Shown here one piece after another: positions 20,868-30,669 of a stretch of 64,000 nucleotides of DNA. This stretch comes from Leptospira sp. (GTDB lineage Bacteria; Spirochaetota; Leptospiria; Leptospirales; Leptospiraceae). Numbering within the stretch: position 1 is the first letter of the stretch; each line of letters begins with the position of its first letter. The stretch lies in contig JAWXAQ010000005.1 of assembly GCA_034439575.1 (NCBI GenBank), positions 64,001 to 128,000 of the forward strand. Reading direction: 5' to 3'. The notes beneath the pieces were generated by a model. The model was not told where the DNA came from and did no database searches. It saw only the letters and a program-made list of their open reading frames with translations. Made by a program: the position numbers and the translations under genes.

Positions 20868-21653
20868 ATGAAACGAAAAAGATCACTGTTTAGTATTCTA
20901 GGAGCCATCCTACTGGTCGTATCCTTCTCAGCATTTGCATCCTACCAAAAGAAAAAAAATGAGCCAGTTTATCTCGATAACCAAGTTTTCCAAAGATATG
21001 GCGATGCTTGGGGACTTTGGGTCAATTTCCGAACGGAGAAAAAATCAATCGAAGAGAAAGTGGCAGAATTTGGAGCCAATCTAGACGAAGTTTACGAACT
21101 GAATGCCGTCCTAGAAAAAGAAAAAAAGAACTTAAAACGTTTTATCTTCATTCCCTATAGCAAATCCTATTCCCAAAAATTGCAAGAATCAGGAATGTTT
21201 CGTGAAGCAGTCGACTCTCAAATTGACCAATTCATTTGGCCAGTACTCCCCAATAACCGTTCACGGATTTCCTCTCGCATCGGCAGAAGGTGGAACACTT
21301 TACATACAGGTGTGGACATTGCCATTCCTAAAGAGTCAATCGTCCTTGCAGCGGCTGATGGCGTAGTGGAAATCGCAGGACGAAGTGGAGATTATGGAAA
21401 TACCGTAAAAATATACCACCATGACTTAAATCATTTTCATACAGTTTATGGGCACAACAACCAAGTCTTTGTTAAAGCAGGTGACATTGTCAAAAAAGGA
21501 CAAATCATCGCACTCTCAGGTAATACTGGCAAATCCACTGGTCCCCATGTTCATTTTGAAGTTAGATACCACAATGTGTATCTCAACCCAGAAAACTTTC
21601 TCACACCTTTTGAAGAAGGAGTTGCGACAAGTATGGTAGGTTTCGCTAATTAA
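20868..21653 (+). CDS. M23 family metallopeptidase with LysM-like segment
   Basis: HTGVD, YGH, STGPHVHFEV zinc motifs; N-terminal signal/TM. Confidence 0.9.
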   Translation: MKRKRSLFSILGAILLVVSFSAFASYQKKKNEPVYLDNQVFQRYGDAWGLWVNFRTEKKSIEEKVAEFGANLDEVYELNAVLEKEKKNLKRFIFIPYSKSYSQKLQESGMFREAVDSQIDQFIWPVLPNNRSRISSRIGRRWNTLHTGVDIAIPKESIVLAAADGVVEIAGRSGDYGNTVKIYHHDLNHFHTVYGHNNQVFVKAGDIVKKGQIIALSGNTGKSTGPHVHFEVRYHNVYLNPENFLTPFEEGVATSMVGFAN

Positions 21654-21656
21654 TCT

Positions 21657-22475
21657 GTGACATCCACTTTTCCGCTTAGAAGTTGGGTTCCTGAAATTCA
21701 CAGGAACCTAAACGAAACTATTCTTTTGAAGCCAGGCCTCGCTTGTTTTGATTTTGATAATACACTCATCCGAAATGATTTTGGCGAAAAATTAATGGAA
21801 GCCATTATCCAAGATGGTATGGTCCATTTGCCAAAAGACCTTAGCCCTTATTTCAGAGATAAGGACTTTTGGAAAGATCATGAAATCCATCCACTCTCTC
21901 AAAAAGAATCACTTATTTGGGAAGAGTACAGTTACCATTTAAAAGAATTCGGCATTGAAAATGGCTATCGTTGGACTTGTTTTTTATTTCAAGGCTTAAG
22001 CAAACAAACGTTTTATGAATTGAGCAGGAGAAATTGGGAAAAAGTAGGAAAACTAAAGGGCGATATAGCTGTGTTTCCTCAAAAGGAAATGATAGACCTC
22101 ATCCAATTTTTAAATCAAAATTCCTGGGAAGTATATATTGTCACTGCCTCCCCTGAAGAAGGCATAGCCGCTATCGCATCTCACTTCTATGTGAAAGAGG
22201 AGAATGTAATCGGCATGAGACAAGTTAAATCTTCCACAGGAATAAGCGTTCCTGAAATCATTGAACCTTATACATATGGAGAAGGAAAAGTAAGTGCAAT
22301 TCGTACACGAATTGGAAAACTTCCTGATTTAGCCTTCGGCGATTCCTTCAACGACTTTCCTATGTTATGTGCATCCAAATTGGGAGTTGCGATTGATAAA
22401 GGAAATCCCGAATTTGTAGAAGCATGCCAAAAAAAACAAATCTTGATCCAACCCTACTTTTCACTTAGTTCTTAA
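21657..22475 (+). CDS. HAD-superfamily hydrolase (subfamily IB-like)
   Basis: DFDNT motif I, VTAS motif II, GDSFND motif IV. Confidence 0.85.
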   Translation: MTSTFPLRSWVPEIHRNLNETILLKPGLACFDFDNTLIRNDFGEKLMEAIIQDGMVHLPKDLSPYFRDKDFWKDHEIHPLSQKESLIWEEYSYHLKEFGIENGYRWTCFLFQGLSKQTFYELSRRNWEKVGKLKGDIAVFPQKEMIDLIQFLNQNSWEVYIVTASPEEGIAAIASHFYVKEENVIGMRQVKSSTGISVPEIIEPYTYGEGKVSAIRTRIGKLPDLAFGDSFNDFPMLCASKLGVAIDKGNPEFVEACQKKQILIQPYFSLSS

Positions 22476-22481
22476 TCTATT

Positions 22482-23171
22482 ATGAAACCTACACTAATCT
22501 TAGTATCAAATTCTATTGGCGATGACAAAGATTTACCTCCGCGAACAAAAGAATTATTGGAAAAAGCAGACCTGATTCTTGGCGAAGAACAACGTACGAC
22601 CTCGACTCTTTTAAAAAGATTAGGGCTATCAAAAAATTTTGAGATATTCAATGAACATTCAACAAAAGAAGAATTGGAAGATCTTGTATTACGTTTAACA
22701 CAGGTTCCACTCACTGTCATCATTTCTGATTCGGGTAGCCCAGGTCTTGAAGATCCAGCTCGTAAATTAGTTCCGAAAGCTTGGGATTATGGCATTACCG
22801 TTCAATCTGCACCTGGACCCACTGCGGCTATGGCTGCTTTGACGGCTTCTGGTTTCCAATCTTCCCCCTTTACCTTTGTCGGTTTTTTTCCAAAAGAGCA
22901 AAAAGACAGAGAACGGGAACTAAAACACTACCTAAGTTTGGGTCATACTCTCGTATTTTATGAGACCCCATACCGAACCAAACATATGTTAGAATCTCTT
23001 TCTAAAGTTTTGCCAAATCAAAGACGTTTGTTTTTGAATTTGGACATTTCAACCCAATACGAAAAATCCTATCGTGGCTTAGCAAAAGATATTTTCAAAC
23101 AAGCCGCAAACCATCCAAAAGCTATGCCTGTTTTTGTGATCGAAGAGAAAAATTCCAGACACAACGGATAG
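22482..23171 (+). CDS. RsmI-like tetrapyrrole-methylase-family SAM methyltransferase
   Basis: SDSGSPGLEDP, PGPTA, FTFVGFFP, FYETPYR. Confidence 0.85.
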   Translation: MKPTLILVSNSIGDDKDLPPRTKELLEKADLILGEEQRTTSTLLKRLGLSKNFEIFNEHSTKEELEDLVLRLTQVPLTVIISDSGSPGLEDPARKLVPKAWDYGITVQSAPGPTAAMAALTASGFQSSPFTFVGFFPKEQKDRERELKHYLSLGHTLVFYETPYRTKHMLESLSKVLPNQRRLFLNLDISTQYEKSYRGLAKDIFKQAANHPKAMPVFVIEEKNSRHNG

Positions 23172-23208
23172 TTTCTTGACTCACCTCTGTTATATTGGAT
23201 ATTGAGTC

Positions 23209-23832
23209 ATGGTCACTAAACTCGAACCATCGGAAGATGAGAAAGAATCAGCCTTTGCTGAGGCTGGCGATTATATAACAGACGTCGTTAAGGAAAACTT
23301 AAAACTGATTCGTCATACGAAAGGTTTTTCTTTGGATAAATTAGCGAATCGTTGCGGAGTCAGTCGTGCCATGCTCTCCCAAATCGAACAAGGAAAATCC
23401 GTTCCTACGATCTCCGTCCTTTGGAAAATCGCGAATGGCCTGAGTGTTCCCTTTTCAGAACTCCTCAAAGAAAAAAACCAAGACGGTGTCCATGTTCTCA
23501 AAGCAGAAAACTCAAAAGTACTTTATTCAAATTCGAGAGTCTTTGCGAGTCGTGCCCTATTTCCTTTTTTAGGAAACCGTAAAACAGAATTTTACGAATT
23601 AGTTTTAAAGCCTGGTGGACATGAAGTAGCGGAAGCACATAAAACTGGCACAACAGAAAATATAGTCGTTGTTTCCGGCAAACTAAGGTTACGTGTAGGT
23701 GAAAAAGTTGTGGAATTGGAAGCAAAAGATTCCGTATTTTTTAAGGCAGATGTCTCTCATGAATATTCAAATCCAACTGACCAAGAAACTTTGATGTATT
23801 TGGTTATGGATTATACGGATGAGGTAGGCTAA
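23209..23832 (+). CDS. XRE-family HTH transcriptional regulator with cupin domain
   Basis: [38 protein letters not shown] followed by a cupin domain. Confidence 0.92.
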   Translation: MVTKLEPSEDEKESAFAEAGDYITDVVKENLKLIRHTKGFSLDKLANRCGVSRAMLSQIEQGKSVPTISVLWKIANGLSVPFSELLKEKNQDGVHVLKAENSKVLYSNSRVFASRALFPFLGNRKTEFYELVLKPGGHEVAEAHKTGTTENIVVVSGKLRLRVGEKVVELEAKDSVFFKADVSHEYSNPTDQETLMYLVMDYTDEVG

Positions 23833-23842
23833 GGCCATTTCA

Positions 23843-24769
23843 TTGGAATACCGTGAAATAAAAATCAATTTACCGAAAGTCGGTTCTGACGACCTTTATT
23901 CATTATTAGAACTACTACAAGTAGCTGGGTATTATGAAATTCTATTTGATGGTGATGCACCGAAAGAACCAGACCAAGGAATTTTAAAAGAAAATACAAA
24001 TATTCGAATTTATTTAAATACTGATGAAATTCAAAAAGAAATTCAAATTATCGTATTTCTAAAAGTAAACTTTCCACATAACTCAAATTATGAAACTAGA
24101 ATCATTGAAACTAGAGATTATGAAGAAGCTTACAAAGAATTTTACAAACCCTTTTCCATAGGTAAAAAGCTATGGGTGATCCCGACTTGGGAAAAAGGTT
24201 CAGAAGTCACAGAAAAACTTTGGAAAGATGAAAATGGGATTCCTTTATTTATAAACCCTGGTGTGGCATTTGGTACAGGGCATCATGAAACCACCAAACT
24301 GATATTAGAACGTTTAGATACACTTTCAGAAGCGGAAAAACCTTTTTTTCAGTCGGCTTGTGACTTAGGTTGCGGATCTGGGATTCTCTCTATTGGTCTT
24401 GCAAAACTTGGTACGAAAAAAATATTCGCGTTGGACATTGATCCAAATGCCGTTAAGGCTGCATGGTCCAATTGGCAAGAAAATGATTTTTCACGTGATT
24501 ATAAATTCACCGTGGAAGAGTCAGGCCTAGACAATGAACACTGTCTCAGTGAAACCTATGATTTAGCGATTGCTAATATTACTTTTGCAGTATTGTCGCA
24601 AAACATTCGTAATCTTGCCAAAATAAAATGCAAAAGGTTTATCTTTTCTGGAATCATCACTGAAAAAAAAGATGCCTTTATGGAATTGCTACATCAACAT
24701 TTGCCAGGTGACCTACTCTATTCTTTCGAATGGAATGAATGGTGGGTGCTTGACTGGCAGAAAACTTAA
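23843..24769 (+). CDS. prmA: Ribosomal protein L11 methyltransferase
   Basis: INPGVAFGTGHHETT, DLGCGSGILSI, DIDPNA. Confidence 0.92.
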   Translation: MEYREIKINLPKVGSDDLYSLLELLQVAGYYEILFDGDAPKEPDQGILKENTNIRIYLNTDEIQKEIQIIVFLKVNFPHNSNYETRIIETRDYEEAYKEFYKPFSIGKKLWVIPTWEKGSEVTEKLWKDENGIPLFINPGVAFGTGHHETTKLILERLDTLSEAEKPFFQSACDLGCGSGILSIGLAKLGTKKIFALDIDPNAVKAAWSNWQENDFSRDYKFTVEESGLDNEHCLSETYDLAIANITFAVLSQNIRNLAKIKCKRFIFSGIITEKKDAFMELLHQHLPGDLLYSFEWNEWWVLDWQKT

Positions 24770-26877
24770 GTTTTTGTAAAATATTTAATCAGTCGCACTT
24801 GGTTACCTGAATCATTGTATTCTATGCGATCAAAAACTGATTTTGTCATATAGATACCTCTTCCATGTTGTTCATGCGCTTCATTGATAGATTCTATAGA
24901 CTGGCTCATAATTTTTTTATGATCAAATCCTTTTCCCTCATCTGTGATTCGATAGGCGACATACTCATCTGCCAATACATATTCGACCTTAATGGACTTG
25001 CGATTATAACGCGGGTCTTCTTGTCTCTTCTGGAGAAATTCTAGATAATTTCCTTCGAGTAATGCTTGCGATTTTTCATCAAAGCCTATATTCAAATTTC
25101 CATGTTCTATCGCATTGATAATAATTTCTCTGAGTGAAGTTCTCACTTCGGTCTGCATAATGGATGTCATATGTTTTCCTAAATTAGCAGTCACTTTTTG
25201 AGAAACCAACTCTGCATTTCTTAAATAATTATTGATTGTAAAATCAATCCTTTCTGAATCCAAAAATCGAATCAAGGTATCTTCTACTTGAGGAATTAAT
25301 GTAACAAGTATTTCGCGTAAATCACCAAATTCTATGTATTGTAGTCTTACAAACATATCCTTTGGCTCTTTGACATATTTTTGAGAAAATTCGACTACGA
25401 ACTGATCGACTTTGCCAAGCATATTCAATTCTTGCAATTTTTCATTTAAATATAACAAATTGAAGCCGGCTTTTTTTCCCTTGATAGGATATAATAACTC
25501 TTCCAGCTTTTTACCTTTGATATCATCTGTGCGAAAACCAAGGTGCCTCGCAATGGACCTGTTTACATTGATGATACGAGTTTCTTCATTCAGAAGTAAA
25601 ATGACTTCATTTGCTCCTTGAAAAATCTCCCGGAAACGTTTTTCTGATTCCTCGATTTTTACTTTCACATGCGACAACTCACGCAAATTTTCTCTAAGGC
25701 TTTTTGATAGCGAATTGATTCTATCAGCCAGTCCAAGGGAAAGTAAAACCACTTCTAAAGCGGTACCAATTTGGATGGTCCATCTAGTGACATTATTATC
25801 AGGTAAAATTCCTAAACTTTTCAATGCATATAATAGAACACCTAACAAAAAGAATGTCCAAGCGATCAAATAAAACTTAGCACTGCGACCTTTTTTTAAA
25901 AATGCAATCACTCCACCTGCGATCATGATAAATGCCGAGATAATAGCGAATCCAATGGCTATCAGTGTTGCAAACCTATACGGTAGAATCAGAGTGAGAA
26001 TACTCACACTCACCAATGTATAAAACCAATATTGCATTAATTTGGCAAAAAATGGAGCCAGTGACCTTAAACTCAAAAATTGGATCGCAAATAAAATACC
26101 GAGAAAACTAGAGGAAACCATAAAAAATGGCAAACAAGAATTTGCCCACCATACAAAACTTGGCCAGATATATTGAAAGGCAATACCGTTGTTTGTTAAA
26201 TGAAAAAAGGAAATATTTGTTATAAATAACACATAAAGTATGTAACTTATCTCTCGAGTAAAAACATAAATAGAAATATTGTATAAAACCATTACGAGCA
26301 TAATACCGTAGAACAAACCAAAGATGATTTGTTCCTTATTCATTTTACTAACGAAGGCTTGCGTTGACCATGCAATCAAAGTTAGTGGAATGGTGGATTC
26401 TGATTTTAACCTCAGATAATAAACTGATGCGGAATTTGGTTTTTCAATTAAGGGAAATACGACATTTCGATAATTTAGATTTCTATCGGAAAAATCTCGT
26501 GAATCGCCTGAAATAGTAATCAGATTTTCTGGTATGTTTTTACCATAAATTTCTATTTCATCAAGTAGGGGAAAATCAAATTCGATTAACCAAGGCAAGG
26601 CGATATTTGTCTTATTTTCGACTGGGATTCGAACCCAAAACTGAGAGCTACTAAATCCTAAATTCTCGGAATCGGGTCGTTTGAATTTTTGATCCAACTT
26701 ACCTGCAATGATTTCTGTAGAGGTAAATTTACTTTCTGGGTCTTCTAATAAAGTAATATATCGAATCAAACCTTTTCTTTCCATCTCGGGTTTTAGAGGG
26801 AAAGGAACATCTGCCTTTACGGCAAAAGAAAGGAACAAAACCGAAAAAAGAAAAAAGAACTTCAAATATGTTTTCAA
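24766..26877 (-). CDS. 7TM-DISM sensor with PAS and RsbW-type (HATPase_c_2) ATPase domain
   Basis: DISMED2-like N-terminus, 7TM region (LFYGIMLVMVLYN ... LEVVLLSLGLADRI), PAS, then EIIINAIEHGN, DEGKGFD, HGRGIYM. Confidence 0.85.
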   Translation of the reverse strand: MKTYLKFFFLFSVLFLSFAVKADVPFPLKPEMERKGLIRYITLLEDPESKFTSTEIIAGKLDQKFKRPDSENLGFSSSQFWVRIPVENKTNIALPWLIEFDFPLLDEIEIYGKNIPENLITISGDSRDFSDRNLNYRNVVFPLIEKPNSASVYYLRLKSESTIPLTLIAWSTQAFVSKMNKEQIIFGLFYGIMLVMVLYNISIYVFTREISYILYVLFITNISFFHLTNNGIAFQYIWPSFVWWANSCLPFFMVSSSFLGILFAIQFLSLRSLAPFFAKLMQYWFYTLVSVSILTLILPYRFATLIAIGFAIISAFIMIAGGVIAFLKKGRSAKFYLIAWTFFLLGVLLYALKSLGILPDNNVTRWTIQIGTALEVVLLSLGLADRINSLSKSLRENLRELSHVKVKIEESEKRFREIFQGANEVILLLNEETRIINVNRSIARHLGFRTDDIKGKKLEELLYPIKGKKAGFNLLYLNEKLQELNMLGKVDQFVVEFSQKYVKEPKDMFVRLQYIEFGDLREILVTLIPQVEDTLIRFLDSERIDFTINNYLRNAELVSQKVTANLGKHMTSIMQTEVRTSLREIIINAIEHGNLNIGFDEKSQALLEGNYLEFLQKRQEDPRYNRKSIKVEYVLADEYVAYRITDEGKGFDHKKIMSQSIESINEAHEQHGRGIYMTKSVFDRIEYNDSGNQVRLIKYFTKT

Positions 26878-26988
26878 ATGTAGTATCCGATACCTGTACT
26901 TAAGCTAAAAAAGCATACACAACTAGAACGGAATTTGGTAATTTTTCTAGCCTTTTTTCGGTTTCCGTAGAATTTAGGGGAAAGATTT

Positions 26989-28374
26989 ATGAATCGCAAA
27001 GATTTTATTAAAAAAATTGGTATTACCGGATCCTTACTCACTTTAGCAAAGACCTCCCCTATTTTTGGCCAAACCGAAAATCATTCTGAATCAAAAACTA
27101 CAACAAAGTCATCTTCAGATAAAACTGCGATTGTACTCGGAGGTGGACTTTCGGGTTTATATTCTGCCTATCTCCTCAAACAATCAGGTTATAAAGTGAC
27201 CATTGTAGAACGGGGAGAAAGATTAGGTGGAAGAATCTTTACCTATGTAGATAAAAATCTTGGCATACAACAAGATTTAGGTGGTGAGTGGATTGGCGAA
27301 GGCCAGTCTGATATCAAAACTCTGGTCAAACAATTGGGATTAACCCTGAATGAATCACCTATTGCTTCAAAATTTCAGCTCAAAAGTTCAAATGAAAATT
27401 CTTTAATAAAAATATCTCCTGCTTCTTTAGAAACCTTAGAGAAAGTAATCGAATTACACAAGTCGCTCGGTGAATCTAAAAAACAAGGTTTGGATAAGAT
27501 CAATTTTTCATCTTATGTTAGATACCAAGGTATCACTGAAGATGAAATGCGATCCATAAACGAAATCTATCGTACGTTAGTTGGCGGAGATTTAAATCAA
27601 ATTTCAAGTGAAGCTTTACTGAATGATTTGGCATCCCAAGAATCTTCACTTCGACCGAAGTATTATATTAATGGTGGTGCCGAAAAAATCATTAAAGGAC
27701 TTACGGATCTTCTCGGAAAAGAAACAGAAATTTCTTTGAATGATCCTGTTATAAAAGTGAGTCAAATTAAAAATTCAGTACAAGTCGAACTCACTTCTGG
27801 TAAAATGATTAAAGCTAGTCTTTTGATTTGTACTATCCCACCACAAAACATTTTAGATATAAAATGGACTCCTTCTCTCCCAAAAGATATGACATATTCT
27901 AGTCTTCGAATGCAGTCAGGTCGCATTTCAAAAAATATGGCAATATGCAGAAAGAAAGACAGCGTAACACCTAACTTATTACTTTCTGATACACCAATGC
28001 AAGCTTTATATGTTGCGAGTGATGAAGCTATTGGTGAAAATTTCTATGCTTTGACATCAATCACAAATGGTGACCGAGCCACTTTGATTGAAAGATCGAG
28101 TGAAACCCAAAAGAAAGCATTATTCAAATTATCAATACAAGAACTTAAACTCTCAGACGATATCCCAGATCAAAATTTTATTTTTCATTCGTTTCAAAAA
28201 CTAACAGGACAAAGAGGGTTTGTTTCCCTCTATCCACCTGGCTCTTTTGGAATCAAGGAAACGTGGATCGAACCTTATGAGAGAGTTTTCTTTGCTGGTG
28301 AACACTTAGCAAAACATTCAGGAACGATGGATGCAGCAATAGAATCTGCCATCCAAGCGGTTAACAGAACTTAA
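26989..28374 (+). CDS. Flavin monoamine oxidase family protein with Tat-like signal peptide
   Basis: NRKDFIKK N-terminus, GGGLSGL, RLGGRI, DLGGEWI, FFAGEH, GTMDAAIES. Confidence 0.85.
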   Translation: MNRKDFIKKIGITGSLLTLAKTSPIFGQTENHSESKTTTKSSSDKTAIVLGGGLSGLYSAYLLKQSGYKVTIVERGERLGGRIFTYVDKNLGIQQDLGGEWIGEGQSDIKTLVKQLGLTLNESPIASKFQLKSSNENSLIKISPASLETLEKVIELHKSLGESKKQGLDKINFSSYVRYQGITEDEMRSINEIYRTLVGGDLNQISSEALLNDLASQESSLRPKYYINGGAEKIIKGLTDLLGKETEISLNDPVIKVSQIKNSVQVELTSGKMIKASLLICTIPPQNILDIKWTPSLPKDMTYSSLRMQSGRISKNMAICRKKDSVTPNLLLSDTPMQALYVASDEAIGENFYALTSITNGDRATLIERSSETQKKALFKLSIQELKLSDDIPDQNFIFHSFQKLTGQRGFVSLYPPGSFGIKETWIEPYERVFFAGEHLAKHSGTMDAAIESAIQAVNRT

Positions 28375-28401
28375 ATCAGATTACATTTATCAAAATTTAG
28401 A

Positions 28402-29511
28402 TTATTTAAGCCCGAATAGGGTTCTTAGGATGATGGTATTTTTTATAAAGGTATCATAAATTAAAAAACTAAGGACCAATACCAAACTTACATGTATACC
28501 GAACTTATAATATGGAGAGATATCTATGTTTCTTATAAAATAAGCAATTCCTAAAGAAATTGGATGGTGCAATAAATAAATAGGAAGACTTGAATCTACG
28601 AGATAAACTGTGAATGGATTAGTAACATTTGCTATTTTTTGAAACAAAAAAACAAAAAAATAAGTCCAGACCAAAGGAGACATACTCCATAAAAATACAT
28701 GCGTTAGTCGGATAATTTGATTTCCGTAATAATAGGGCATCCATAGGGGATCACTTATCTCTAATTGATAAAACAATATAAAAATCAGGATTCCGAGTAT
28801 TAACAAAATAGAACCTTCTAACTTTGATTTAATGATCTCAGAAATTAAAATTGATCTTTTAAAATAAGCCAATATCCCCACAAAGAAAAATCCACATTGA
28901 TACATAAAGGTCAATTTATCTACCCCGATATAATCATCACCTCTAGGGAAAAAAGAATGAGCTAAGGTTGTAAAAATAAATGGAATCAGTATAAAAATGA
29001 ATGATTGTAAAAAAGTGTTATCCGGTAAGTTCTTTGCTATAAATTTAAAAATAGATTTTGGAATCACAATAAAAATCAAACTGAAAAGAAATAGATCCAC
29101 TAAAAACCAAATATGAGAATGAGAAAAATTTTTGATCGTAAAAAAATCTGAAACAAAAGGAACCACTAGGACATTTGTGTATTTTAACTTCGCCACTAAA
29201 TAATATTGGATAGGTGCAAAAAATATTAACCCGATGATCATAGGTATCAGGATTCTTTTGATTCTCCCTTCTATATAACTCTCTTTGCCTTTCTTTTCCC
29301 AGACTAATACCGAAAAATAACCAGAAATAATGAAAAATAATGGCATTCGAAAGCTATGAACCCAAAAAGAAAAGTATCCAAAGGGCTCTGCGCGATTTAA
29401 ATTTTGGATCGCATAGCTAATTTTAGGTGCATAGACGATAGCGGCATGGAATACAATGCCGAGTAATAATGCAAAAGACCTCAAATTATCTAAATATAAA
29501 AGTCTTCCCAT
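28402..29511 (-). CDS. Acyltransferase-3 family, OpgC/MdoC-like glucan succinyltransferase
   Basis: YLDNLRSFALLLGIVFH, HSFRMPLFFIISGYF, HIWFL, SSLPIYLLHHP. Confidence 0.8.
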   Translation of the reverse strand: MGRLLYLDNLRSFALLLGIVFHAAIVYAPKISYAIQNLNRAEPFGYFSFWVHSFRMPLFFIISGYFSVLVWEKKGKESYIEGRIKRILIPMIIGLIFFAPIQYYLVAKLKYTNVLVVPFVSDFFTIKNFSHSHIWFLVDLFLFSLIFIVIPKSIFKFIAKNLPDNTFLQSFIFILIPFIFTTLAHSFFPRGDDYIGVDKLTFMYQCGFFFVGILAYFKRSILISEIIKSKLEGSILLILGILIFILFYQLEISDPLWMPYYYGNQIIRLTHVFLWSMSPLVWTYFFVFLFQKIANVTNPFTVYLVDSSLPIYLLHHPISLGIAYFIRNIDISPYYKFGIHVSLVLVLSFLIYDTFIKNTIILRTLFGLK

Positions 29512-29598
29512 TCCTTCTTATGAAAAATGTGATAAGCAATAATCGTCGATCCTTTTTCTTTCCTTGACAAACCAAATCATACTAGCTTGTCTTTTGTT

Positions 29599-29895
29599 AT
29601 GGAAACCTCGCCCAAGGAAGAACCATTTTTCTCTACTGTATCCGATGAGGAAATAGCGCGAGAAAGAAAAAAAGCCAAGGAATTGAAAAATACGGCTTGG
29701 TGGAAAAATAAACGATCTTCTGGAACGTGCCATTATTGTGGGAAAAAATTTAAGGTAGATGAGTTGACTATGGATCACCTAATCCCACTCATTCGAGGTG
29801 GCTTATCAGTGAAATCAAACTTAGTCCCAGCGTGCAAAGAATGTAATTTCAAAAAAAAACATAGCCTCCCTTTCGAAAAGGATTTCTTTACATAA
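29599..29895 (+). CDS. Small stand-alone HNH endonuclease
   Basis: CHYCG ... TMDHLIPLIRGG ... NLVPACKECN. Confidence 0.9.
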   Translation: METSPKEEPFFSTVSDEEIARERKKAKELKNTAWWKNKRSSGTCHYCGKKFKVDELTMDHLIPLIRGGLSVKSNLVPACKECNFKKKHSLPFEKDFFT

Positions 29896-30260
29896 TGGAT
29901 TTAAAAGATCTCGGATTACAAAATGATGATTATTTACCGAGTCGTTCCTCAGAAGAAATTGATCTTGTAGATGAAAAAGGAAATAGTTTTTTATGGGAAG
30001 TTTTTTATTCCTTTTCACTGAACGGAAATGAATATCTCGTTTTTATACCGACTTCTGAGGCAGAATATTATCTCGTGAATGTGGAGTTAGATGATCCTGA
30101 CTCGGATGTACCTGGTTATATTGTATTAAGACTTGGCAATGACGAGAACGGCGAAGAAATACTAGAAGAAATTATTGATCCAGATGAATTAGAAGAAGTC
30201 ACAGAATTTGTAGAAGATGAAATAGGATTCATTGGCCAATTTCTTAATCAGGGGGAATGA
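29895..30260 (+). CDS. Acidic DUF1292-like protein
   Basis: IDLVDEKGN ... FSLNGNEYLVF ... IIDPDELEEV; TAATG overlap with the HNH gene. Confidence 0.65.
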   Translation: MDLKDLGLQNDDYLPSRSSEEIDLVDEKGNSFLWEVFYSFSLNGNEYLVFIPTSEAEYYLVNVELDDPDSDVPGYIVLRLGNDENGEEILEEIIDPDELEEVTEFVEDEIGFIGQFLNQGE

Positions 30261-30669
30261 CAAGAGTTTCGCCCTTACAAACGATTTCATTCTTTTGATT
30301 CGTCCAAACGATTTTCATTCTTATCGCTTTTAGTTTTAAAATTTTTTCAATCACTTCCACCTTACATGTAATCGTATCACCAAAGAATACAGGTTTTCTA
30401 AATTTAGTATTCGTTTCTAAAGCCACAGTACCAAGACCTGGTAACTTCATCCCTAAAACAGGTGCTAGGAGTGAGGCCGCCAAACCACCATGTGCAATAC
30501 GTGTTCCAAATACAGTCGTCTTTGCATACTCTTCATCGGTATGAAGTGGATTAAAATCTCCACTGATTCCCGCAAAAAGATACACATCTGTTTCTGTTAT
30601 TGTTTTAGAAAAGGAAGCTGTTTCCTTTAGCACAATTTGTTCGTACGTTTTCCCTTTTTGATACATCAT
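30244..30669 (-). CDS. MaoC-family (R)-specific enoyl-CoA hydratase
   Basis: FAGISGDFNPLH, IAHG, FRKPVFFGDTI. Confidence 0.92.
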   Translation of the reverse strand: MMYQKGKTYEQIVLKETASFSKTITETDVYLFAGISGDFNPLHTDEEYAKTTVFGTRIAHGGLAASLLAPVLGMKLPGLGTVALETNTKFRKPVFFGDTITCKVEVIEKILKLKAIRMKIVWTNQKNEIVCKGETLVIPPD

